Source: an uncultured Planctomycetaceae bacterium
GTDB taxonomy: Bacteria; Planctomycetota; Planctomycetia; Planctomycetales; Planctomycetaceae
Assembly: GCA_963813715.1 (NCBI GenBank)
Contig: CAWFAK010000005.1
Location: forward strand, 448,001-512,000
Length of the DNA stretch: 64,000 bases
Reading direction: 5' to 3'
Part shown: one piece after another, positions 55,190-64,000 of the stretch
How positions within the stretch are numbered: position 1 is the first letter of the stretch
Layout of the letters: the number at the start of each line of letters is the position of its first letter
Position numbers and translations under genes: made by a program
Notes under the pieces: model-generated
The model's database searches: none
What the model saw: only the letters and a program-made list of their open reading frames with translations
Told to the model about the DNA's origin: nothing

Positions 55190-56464
55190 TCACGGCTTGC
55201 GGCCGTGGGATTTCAGCCATTCCTTATATTCGCGACTTTTCGCGAAGCCCTCGAACGCTTTGACCGCGGTCAGGTCACCGAACGTGACTCCCAGCGACTC
55301 GGCCTTCTTCAGCCATTTGACCGTGTCGGCATAGTTGTGTGCCGCCAGCGAAATGTCGATGAGCGCGTAGTAAGCGCGGAGCAGATTCGGATCCGTGACG
55401 AGCGCGTTCTGCACCATCTCGCGGGCCTCTTTGAGTTTGTTTTCACGCAAGAGGACGTTGCCGCGCAGCACGTTCAGGTACGGATCGCCGCCGATAGCCT
55501 TGTCGACCCGTTCGATGGCCTCGAGCGCCTTGTCGAACGACTTGCGGAGAATGTACGCGTCGACCGAGATCAGATCGATCATCGGGTCGTTCGGATAGTG
55601 CTTACGAAAGTCGTCGATCGTCGCCAGGTATTCTGCGTCGCTGATGGACTGCGTCGCCAACAGCCGCATGGTCATCGCCGGCTTCGATTCTTGCACCGAG
55701 GCGGGAAGCTCCTTGTAAATATTGAGGGCTTGTCGCCAGTTGCGCTCGCGCGTGTACTGTCCCATGAGCGCGAACTGGCCGAAATGCTCGACAAAGTCTT
55801 TCTCCGGACCCGAGAGATTATCGATGCTGGCACCCCCCGATTTGTGCGCCAGCGGCAGGAACGAACGCCTTAAGTTTTGCGAATACATCTCGCCGACCAG
55901 GAAGATATAACACTCCACGCCGACGACCGCTCCGCTTTTCGAGCGGCCCAGCACCCAATCGTGGTAGTTGAGGGCGCCGGTGGAGCTGATGAGCCGAAAC
56001 AGCACCCGCGTCTGTCCCCCTGCGCTATGAATGCGAAACGCCCGATAATCGCCGGAGCCCTGGATCGCAGACATGATCGCTCGCCCGAACCCGGACGTTG
56101 GCGAAGTGGTGGCCGACTTCAAGCCGCGGCTGAACTCGGTCCGAAACTCCTTAAGCTGCGGCGAGTTGCCCGGCAAGGCGGTCGCTTTTTCCACGAACGC
56201 ATCCCAGTCGACCAGCGTGTTGAACGCATCGACGTCCTGTCGGCGAACCGCGCGCTGCAGGGCCACTGCCCACGTCTTCGCCTCCTCGGCGGTGATCGGT
56301 TTGGCAGACGTTTGCACAGGAGTTGTGGTTGCCCTCGCTGGCGGGAGCGCGCTGTTGGGCAACAAGGGAGGAGCGGGCGGAGCAGCCGGTGTCGAATGAA
56401 CAGGTCCGATCCACACGCCAATGCAGAGGACGCTCAGCGCCAAGAGTCGGAGGGGCTTTTTCAT
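55190..56464 (-). CDS. Secreted hypothetical protein with C-terminal TPR-like helices
   Basis: Signal peptide [14 protein letters not shown]..., Pro-rich linker, [14 protein letters not shown] and TPR-like C-terminus. Confidence 0.75.
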   Translation of the reverse strand: MKKPLRLLALSVLCIGVWIGPVHSTPAAPPAPPLLPNSALPPARATTTPVQTSAKPITAEEAKTWAVALQRAVRRQDVDAFNTLVDWDAFVEKATALPGNSPQLKEFRTEFSRGLKSATTSPTSGFGRAIMSAIQGSGDYRAFRIHSAGGQTRVLFRLISSTGALNYHDWVLGRSKSGAVVGVECYIFLVGEMYSQNLRRSFLPLAHKSGGASIDNLSGPEKDFVEHFGQFALMGQYTRERNWRQALNIYKELPASVQESKPAMTMRLLATQSISDAEYLATIDDFRKHYPNDPMIDLISVDAYILRKSFDKALEAIERVDKAIGGDPYLNVLRGNVLLRENKLKEAREMVQNALVTDPNLLRAYYALIDISLAAHNYADTVKWLKKAESLGVTFGDLTAVKAFEGFAKSREYKEWLKSHGRKP

Positions 56465-57069
56465 CGGGACGACTCGCTGTGAGGGATGGAGACGGTCACC
56501 CGGCACGACGACGTGTTTGAATCGACTCTGCGGCGTAAGAACTGGCATGGCCCGGCTGCTGGCGCCGTGCAGCATAGCAGAATGGCGGGCCGCCTCAATC
56601 GTGCCGGTGCGGGCGGCACGCGAGGCGCAGTGTCAGCCAATCGTGGGACGTGGACTGCGGCGCCTCCCCCTTTCGCGGCCTGCCAATTGGCTCCCCAGAG
56701 CGACGGGTCGCCGGGATTTGCGGTTGGCTGGCCGCTTTGATCAAGAGGTACTCGCGACTACGATGCGGCCGCTCCTTCGAGAGGGGAGTGAACGCTCCTC
56801 TGCGTGTAATTTATCTAAAGGGGCATTCGGCCTGAGGAGGCATCCCGACAAACCGCCAAAGTCCTCTTTTCCCGTCGCTTTCGTCTTCATCCCGCGGCCT
56901 TTCAGGTGGGGGGCCGCGTCCCGGGCGATTTCCTGGACCATACTCTAGGGGGAAACACCGGCGTTCTGTCCGAATCTATCGCGCAAACCGAAACGATCGA
57001 TTGGGACAAAGTTGGCGATTCCAGCGGCCGTTCGAAAGGGCGCCGCGTCGGGAGTTGGAGAACGGGACA

Positions 57070-58011
57070 ATGAACTGGGCGACCATCTGTGAGGAGGCGC
57101 TCGCCGGGTTCCAAATATCGTCGATGCCGCCGACGGTGGAACTGCCGGCGTTGCCGTACGTGGTCACCCTGTTCGCGCAGCGCTCCCGCGATGAAAAGGT
57201 CCCCTTGAGGGAACTGGCCGGGATTCTGGAGACCGATTCAGCACTCACGGTCGAACTCCTGAAGTACGTCAATTCCTCGGCGTGTGGTTTGCGCAGCAAA
57301 GCCAAGACGGTACTGCAAGCCCTCTCGTTCCTGGGCTGCGCCCGCAGCCGACTGTTCGTGATCGCGACCGGCATCGAGGCTGCCATGCGAGCCCGCTGCT
57401 CGAAGCTTATCGACCAGACTGCGTTCTGGAGCGATAACCTTCAGAAGGCCATGTTCGCCCGTGAAATCGCCCTGCTCCTGCGAACCGATCCCGATATCGC
57501 GTTCATCGGTGGCCTGTTGCAGGATTACCTGCTCCCCTTTTTGACAAATGACCTGGCCGACGAATATCGCTACTTCCTGCAGGCGCCAGAGACGCCGACC
57601 AAGACGCTGAGTGAGTTCGAGCAGGAGCGCTTCGGCTGGGACCACGCGTTGGCCGCCGCCTGCCTGGCCCACGCCTGGAAACTGCCTCCCGAGCTGCCGT
57701 GTTGCATCCTTTACCATCATGGCGGCTTGCAGATCTTGACCGATGCGCGGCTGGGGCGATCGCCCGTCGCCGCCACGGCGCTCTCAGCCCTGCTTCCCGA
57801 CCAGTTCTGTCCGGGGCAGCGCGGCTTGCAGCTCTTGGCAAAACTGGAACGGAAATGGCCCGCCTTTCGTTTGGAGCGGTTGGCCCAGTCTGTTGACCAG
57901 CAATACCAAGACATGGGCCTCGGAATTCGCACCGACTCTTCACTCGTGCAGCGTTGCCAGAACCTGGACATCGAGCGGTCTGGCGTTCCCGCCGAAGCCG
58001 CCGCCCACTAA
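57070..58011 (+). CDS. HDOD domain protein, stand-alone
   Basis: LPALP, DSALTVELLKYVNS, GLLQDY, EQERFGWDHA and WKLP...YHH. Confidence 0.9.
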   Translation: MNWATICEEALAGFQISSMPPTVELPALPYVVTLFAQRSRDEKVPLRELAGILETDSALTVELLKYVNSSACGLRSKAKTVLQALSFLGCARSRLFVIATGIEAAMRARCSKLIDQTAFWSDNLQKAMFAREIALLLRTDPDIAFIGGLLQDYLLPFLTNDLADEYRYFLQAPETPTKTLSEFEQERFGWDHALAAACLAHAWKLPPELPCCILYHHGGLQILTDARLGRSPVAATALSALLPDQFCPGQRGLQLLAKLERKWPAFRLERLAQSVDQQYQDMGLGIRTDSSLVQRCQNLDIERSGVPAEAAAH

Positions 58012-58050
58012 GTCCGCGGCGCCGAGTCTTTCGAGGCGAGCGGTCCGCCG

Positions 58051-58077
58051 CGGCGGATCAGCCCGCCGGTTCTTTTT
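58051..58077 (+). terminator. Possible intrinsic terminator after the HDOD gene
   Basis: CGGCGG-ATCAGC-CCGCCG followed by GTTCTTTTT. Confidence 0.4.
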
Positions 58078-58256
58078 CTCCGCGATTGTTCCTTACCAAC
58101 GGCAGAGTCGTCTGCTCGAGCACGGTTGAGCGACGCAGCACCCTTTTCGCAGTCTGCCAATTCAGCTACATATCACCTCCAAGGATGAACACGGTCGAAG
58201 TTCGCTCACCCCGGTGAAACTTGAGCGCCGACCTGGCACAGCTAAACGCTCGTCGC

Positions 58257-59390
58257 ATGGATAACCTGGTCCGCCGAGAGATCATCGCCGACGCTCGGAC
58301 GTTCGTGATCAAGATCGGCACCAACGTCCTCTCGCGCGACGACGACACGATCGACGTCGACCGCATCGCCCAGCTCGCCGAGCAAATCCATCGCGTGCGC
58401 GAGACGGGCCGGCAAGTGGTCGTGGTCTCCAGCGGGGCGATCGGTGCGGGGATGGGCCTGTTGGGGCTCAAGACGCGGCCGACCGATCTGCCGCACTTGC
58501 AGGCGGCAGCGGCAGCCGGGCAGGCCCATCTCATTCGCCTCTACGACGACTGCCTGCGCAAGCATGGCTACCACGCTGCCCAGGTACTACTCACCGCCAA
58601 CGACTTCAAGAGCCGCACGCGCTATCTCAACGTCCGCAACACGCTGCACACGCTGTTCGAATACAAAGCGATCCCCATCGTTAACGAGAACGACACGGTG
58701 AGCGTGGCCGAAATCAAGTTCGGCGATAACGACCAGCTCGCCGCGATGGTCACCGGGCTATTGAGCGATCCGCTGCTCATCATCCTCTCGATTGTCGACG
58801 GCCTGTATGACGGCGACCCGAAATCGCCCACCAGCAAGTTGATTCCGCTCGTCGATCAGTGGAACGATTCGCTGCTGGGGCTCGCGGCCCCCGGCCGCAG
58901 CTTGCGGGGGATCGGCGGGATGCCGTCGAAGCTGGAGGCCGTGCGAACGGCGACCGGCGTCGGCGAGAGTGTGATCATCGCGAACGGCACGCGTCCCGGA
59001 GTGCTCGACGAGATTCTCGCCGCGCAGGAAGTCGGCACGCTCTTTCTCGCGAAGGGCAAGGATTTACCGGCCTGGAAGCGCTGGATCGGTTTCACGGTCC
59101 GACCGAAAGGGCGTTTTATTCTCGACGAGGGGGCCCGCCGCGCCGTCGAAACCCAAGGCAAATCGCTCTTGGCCATTGGCATCACTGCCGTGGAGGGCGA
59201 GTTTGCCAAGGGCGAGGTCGTCTCGCTGGTCGACCGCGCCGGAGAAGAATTCGCCCGCGGCCTTTCCAACTACAACGCGCACGATGCCCGGGCGATTGCA
59301 GGCAAGCGCTCGGAGGAAATCATCCAAGCTCTGGGCAGCCTTCCCTACGAGGAAGTCATCCACCGCGACAACCTCGTCGTGACGACGTGA
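58257..59390 (+). CDS. proB: Glutamate 5-kinase with PUA domain
   Basis: VIKIGT, VSSGAI, NENDTV, FGDNDQL, GGMPSKL and VIHRDNLV. Confidence 0.97.
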   Translation: MDNLVRREIIADARTFVIKIGTNVLSRDDDTIDVDRIAQLAEQIHRVRETGRQVVVVSSGAIGAGMGLLGLKTRPTDLPHLQAAAAAGQAHLIRLYDDCLRKHGYHAAQVLLTANDFKSRTRYLNVRNTLHTLFEYKAIPIVNENDTVSVAEIKFGDNDQLAAMVTGLLSDPLLIILSIVDGLYDGDPKSPTSKLIPLVDQWNDSLLGLAAPGRSLRGIGGMPSKLEAVRTATGVGESVIIANGTRPGVLDEILAAQEVGTLFLAKGKDLPAWKRWIGFTVRPKGRFILDEGARRAVETQGKSLLAIGITAVEGEFAKGEVVSLVDRAGEEFARGLSNYNAHDARAIAGKRSEEIIQALGSLPYEEVIHRDNLVVTT

Positions 59391-59589
59391 GTTCGACGCG
59401 GCATTCACCGTCGTCCGGATGCGGGCGCGCGACTCTTCCCGGTCGCCCACGCCGCCCAGCTGAGTGGCTCGCTTCCGGTAAGGTTCCTATGCGTTTTTCT
59501 GCGTGTTGCCCAGCGGTATCTTTCTGACCGCGGTCAACTGTAGCGTCCCGATCGGCGGCTTTCTGCCGTCGGCTTGCTCCTCGCATCCC

Positions 59590-62500
59590 TCAAGCGGCCT
59601 TGGGCCGAGGGGCAGCGGCGGCTTTGACCGGAGCGGGAGTCTTTGGCGCGGCATCCATCGGCGGGACTTTGACCTTCATTTGTCGCAGCAGCTGACAAGC
59701 CAGGGCATGCTCGACCCCCTGCCAGTCGTTCGCCTTGGCACAGCGAATTAGGTACTTCTTGGCCGACTCCAGGTCGCCGCGATCCTTGAGGAAGATGGCC
59801 ACGAAGTAGGGCAGCACCGATTGATTGAGCGTGCTCTTAGACGAAGCCAGAATCCGGTCGACTTCGCCAAAATCGAGCTGTTTGGCTTTTTCCGGCGGCA
59901 GCGCGTGCCGCATCTGCGCTGCGAGCGGACCGTAGAGCTGCGTCCCGCCCTCTCCGCCGCTGGGTTTCGCGGGAGCGTCCACGATCTTCTTGAGAAGGGC
60001 GTCTCGATCGGCGGTCTTGCCGATCGAATCTGCCGCGATGGCCGCGTGCAATCCCGAATCGAATTCGTGCGAGGCGTCGTAGCTCTGCTGCAAATGGGGC
60101 AGAGCATCTGCAGTGTCGCCCAGGATGAGGAAGTAAAAGCCGAAGTCCCGGCTTTGCCAGGGCGATAGATTTTTCCCCCACGCGGTCAACCGTTCGTGAG
60201 CGAAGGCATCGGCGGCATGGATGTCACCGTGCCCCGTGCGATGACACCAGCACATCCAGTTGAGGCGCGCGCGATCATCGTTCTCCGAGACAGTTTTCAC
60301 GAGGTGTTCGGCCTGATCCCACTCGTCGAGCAGTTCGTGGCAGCGGGCCGCCGTCATCAACGGCCCGGTGGAACCGCTTTTGGCTGCCGCATCGGCATAA
60401 ACCACCGCCTCCTTGACTCGATCCTGCTCGAGCAAGACCAGGGCAACGTCGTTTTGAAGTTGGGTGCGTTCGATTTCGTGCCCCGGTAGCTTGACCGCCT
60501 GGTCCAGCGTGGCTTTCCAATGCGCGTCGTCTTGCTTGGCTTTGTAAGTTGAAGCGAGCAGACGGTAGGCCGCGTAGCTGGGAGCCAATTCAGTTTCGCG
60601 CTTGGCACAGCGCTCGGCATCGTCGTAACGCTTCATTTCGTAGTAGCGCCGGGCCAGCGCGTTCATCACCAACGGATCATCGGCATAGGTGCGCTCGTAC
60701 TTGTCCGCCTGCTTCTGCACATGGTCCCAATCTCGCGAAATCCGGGATCGCAATCACGATGGGAAGCGTGTCGCTGGTGCTCCACAGCCGTTCTAAATTC
60801 TCCTTGGGAATCACGCCGTGATTCACCGAGCCGTTGAGCCCCGATTCGACATACCGCATTTGATCGCCGAGAGTCAGGTCGACGTGAGCTCCCGCCCTTT
60901 TTGAAAAAGGGGCCAGGCGAGGCCGCTTGGCAATCACAGAGATCCACTTCACGACGGGGACCTCCTTGTCGGTGAGCTCGTAAAGTCTGAATTTCCTCAA
61001 TGCTGCGGCGGCACCGGCCTTAATCTTCCCTTGATCCTGGGTAAACGAAGCGAGGTAGCCGCTGTCCGGGTGATCGACGACAAGCGGACCAAACGTGTCG
61101 ATGGTGTTCTCCACGGAAAGACCAAGCCCGCTGTGCTCGATCGTCAGCTTCCGCATCAGCTGGGCGAAGTTGATCTCCTCGATCGAGTGCGCCACCGCGG
61201 ACAGCGATGGTTCGGCGCGATCGGACGTTCCGGCCTGTTTGAGGTCGGCGATTGCCAGTTTGCCGAACTCGATGTCGGCCGCGCTGTCCTTGGAAGTATC
61301 GCTGCTCTTGAGCCGCTCCCTGAGAGACGTGGGAAGGCCGGGAACAGCAAGGAGCTGCTTATGCAGCAATTTGCCCGTCGCCGCCAGCCCTTTATTGGCC
61401 TGCTCGCGCGCCGATCCGGCCTCGCTGAACGAAGCAATCAAGTCGTAGCCGCGAGGGCAATCGGGACATTCTTCAAGAAACGCCTGGGCGGCTTTGACGC
61501 GCACATCGTTCAAGGAGCTGAACATCACGGCTTGCAGGTCGAGGTAGCGGGCGAGGCCGCGCTCGGGCGGCGTCTTCGCCAATTTCAGCATTCCCGCCAA
61601 TTGCCCTTGAGAAAAGGCGTCGAGGATCCCGGTCCAAAATGGGAGTGCCGTCGCCGCATCGCCCGATTTCTTTTTGGCTGCCGCGATGTCCGTCGCCGCC
61701 AGGGAGTCTGCGCCAAACAGCGTGCGCGCGTAGGCGCGATGCCAAAGCGCCCAGGGGGAACCGTCGCTTTCGTGCATCAACCGTTCCGCATAGAGGAGCG
61801 CGCGGGCATGGTAGGCTTTGTGCGCGGCGCTGTAATAAAACTCGGTCAGCGATCCGAGATTGGCGTAGCCGACGACCAGCGCCGCCAGCAGTTGGGGTGA
61901 TTCGCCCTTCTCGTGAATCTCGCCGTGAATTTGCCGCAAACCGCCCAAGACCGAGAGCTCGTTCCAACTCCAAAGTAAATCGGTCGCCTCGGCAGGCACT
62001 TCCGAGGAGGCTCGCGCCGCAGGCACGGATCCTTTTGCGCCGACTTGCGTCAGCACCTCTTTGAAATCGGTCCGCGACCAGGCTTCGGCCTTCGCGGCCG
62101 CGGTCGCGATCGATTGCGGCTCATTGAGGTCCACGTTGATGATGCCGCGCCAGATGCGTTCCTCCTCCGGACCGCGAGCGATCGCATAATCGATCCGCGT
62201 ACGCCGCGCCTCGCCCGACGGATCGACCGTCATCTGGAAGGGAACCGATTTCTTGTCCGGAGTCTTTGGAAAGTCTTCTCGCAATAAGCTGTCGCGTGTG
62301 GCGAGTCCCAGCTCATCGCGCGCGGTCAGTAAAATGCCCTGTCGCACCAGTTCTCGCAGCGCGAACGGCACGGCTTGGGTCGGTTGATCTCCAAGCTCTC
62401 GAACCGAGACGTAAATCGTGTCGCCGACTGCCTGAGGTTTGAGAGGCAAGGCGTCTGTAGCAGTCGTTGAATCGGACTTTATTCCCAGCGAGGGATCGCG

Positions 62501-62590
62501 ATCCATCTCCCGAACCCAATAACCGGCGGCCCCGCCGATGGCGATCAGGACAGCGACAACAACCAGCGAAATCACAAAGCTGCGTGACAT
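59590..62590 (-). CDS. Large membrane-anchored helical/TPR-like hypothetical protein (frameshift near 60742)
   Basis: N-terminal TM (SFVISLVVVAVLIAIGG). ORFs 60677..62749 and 59590..60753 overlap on the same strand; TPR-like helices. Confidence 0.7.
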
Positions 62591-62905
62591 GCGATACCTC
62601 AGGTCGACCAGAGCCGGCAGGCCGAGAAGCGAGTTTAGGGGAGGCGAATGTTCCGGCGCAGAGCGGGCAAAGCGAACCCGTCTATCGTGGCGCGACGACC
62701 CATTTCCTGCAACCATTCTGCGTCGCAAAACGGTGGGAAAGCTGACCAACCGCCCTCCACGACGTGGAACCCGGGACTGACGGACGCGCCGTCGCGACCG
62801 ATGCGTCGCTTGCGGGTCGGGTGGTTATAATTGGCTGCTCGTCAGGCACCTTATTCCTCGCAGATTCTTGCGGACAACACCTCCCCAACGAAAGAGCGCC
62901 CCCCA

Positions 62906-63886
62906 ATGAAGGCCGTCGTCTGTCGTGCGTTTGGTCCGCCCGAGAGTCTCACGTTGGAGGATGTGCCTGATCCGCGGCCGGCGGAAGGGCAGGTGCTGAT
63001 CGACGTTTATGCGGCCGGGCTCAATTTTCCCGACGTGCTGCAGATTGCCGGCAAGTATCAGTTTCAGCCTCCCTTCCCTTTTACGCCGGGAGCGGAGGTC
63101 GCGGGCGTGGTCGCGGAAATCGGACCGGGAGTGGCCGGAGTTGCAAAGGGCGACCGGGTCATGGGGATGACGGGAATCGGTGGGATGGCCGAGCGGGCCG
63201 TGGCGGCCGCCGACTCGGTGAATCCCATTCCCAAAGGGATGGACTTTGCCGAGGCCTCCGGGTTCGAGCTGGCCTACGGTACGTCGTACTACGCCCTGAA
63301 GCAGCGGGGCCACTTGCAACCGGGCGAGACGTTGCTCGTCCTCGGGGCCAGCGGCGGCGTGGGACTGGCCGCGGTTGAGATCGGCAAGGCCTTCGGTGCG
63401 CGAGTCATCGCCGCGGCGGGCAGCGACGAAAAACTGCAAGTCGCCAAGAGCCACGGGGCCGACGTCCTCTTGAACTATGGCACCGGCAGCTTGAAGGACA
63501 GAGTGAAGGAGTTGACGGGCGGCAAAGGGGCCGACGTGATTTTCGATCCCGTCGGCGGTGACCTCTTTGATCAGAGCACTCGTTCGATCAATTGGAACGG
63601 CCGTCTGCTGGTCGTCGGCTTCGCCAGCGGTACGATTCCCAAATTCCCCGTCAATCTCGCCTTGCTCAAAGGCTGTCAAATCGTCGGGGTGTTTTGGGGC
63701 GACTTCAAGCGGAGAGAGCCGGACGCGTATCGCCAGAATGTTCGCGAGCTCTGCGATCTGTTCGTTGCCGGGAAAATCAAGCCGCTGGTCTCGCACGAAT
63801 TTCCCCTCGAGCAGTATGCCTCGGCGCTCAACCTGTTCGTCAACCGGCAGGCGATCGGCAAGATCGTGCTCCGCGTTAGAACCTAG
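62906..63886 (+). CDS. NADPH:quinone oxidoreductase family protein (MDR superfamily)
   Basis: GLNFPD, PFTPGAE, LVLGASGGVGLAA, DPVGG, VVGFASG and GKIVL. Confidence 0.93.
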   Translation: MKAVVCRAFGPPESLTLEDVPDPRPAEGQVLIDVYAAGLNFPDVLQIAGKYQFQPPFPFTPGAEVAGVVAEIGPGVAGVAKGDRVMGMTGIGGMAERAVAAADSVNPIPKGMDFAEASGFELAYGTSYYALKQRGHLQPGETLLVLGASGGVGLAAVEIGKAFGARVIAAAGSDEKLQVAKSHGADVLLNYGTGSLKDRVKELTGGKGADVIFDPVGGDLFDQSTRSINWNGRLLVVGFASGTIPKFPVNLALLKGCQIVGVFWGDFKRREPDAYRQNVRELCDLFVAGKIKPLVSHEFPLEQYASALNLFVNRQAIGKIVLRVRT

Positions 63887-64000
63887 CACGTGCTCCGGCG
63901 GCGCAGCCCTCAGAAGCGCGGCCCCGCCGATCGGTCGCCGCGATCTGCAGAAAAGATCTGAGCTTCCTCCGGAGCTTTCGGCAATTTGACCCTCGGCCGG

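Noticed and set aside
56760..57069. Possible c-di-GMP riboswitch upstream of the HDOD gene
   Set aside because: Some hairpins and a GAAA loop are present, but I could not build the two-stem consensus. An Rfam covariance search would be needed.

Overview
GC-rich chromosomal window from a planctomycete, judged by its DUF1549/DUF1553 cytochrome-domain protein, DUF1501 protein, DUF1559 pilin-like protein and Ser/Thr kinase-TPR protein. It holds about 40 genes. Housekeeping genes: ilvD, pgk, proB, trmB, a fabZ-like gene and tRNA-Met. Other loci: an 8-gene MoxR/DUF58/VWA/ABC operon, an HpnN-like MMPL transporter, a MacAB-like efflux set whose ATPase faces away from its partners, a fused parallel beta-helix/diheme cytochrome, a large membrane-anchored FHA coiled-coil protein and a protein of about 21 TPR repeats. 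About a third of the genes carry 1-2 nt indels, most likely long-read assembly errors. No CRISPR array, transposase or integrase was seen. The most unusual non-coding stretch is the ~1.45 kb upstream of the DUF1559 pilin-like gene. It contains a dense GGGAC/GTCCC motif array with G-quadruplex potential, three different REP/MITE-like palindromes, a perfect hairpin and a 14-bp tandem repeat. Other oddities are two REPIN-like doublets, a tRNA-Met with C at position 33 and a ~90-bp ketoacyl-synthase relic just upstream of that tRNA. All family assignments come from motif recognition, not database searches.
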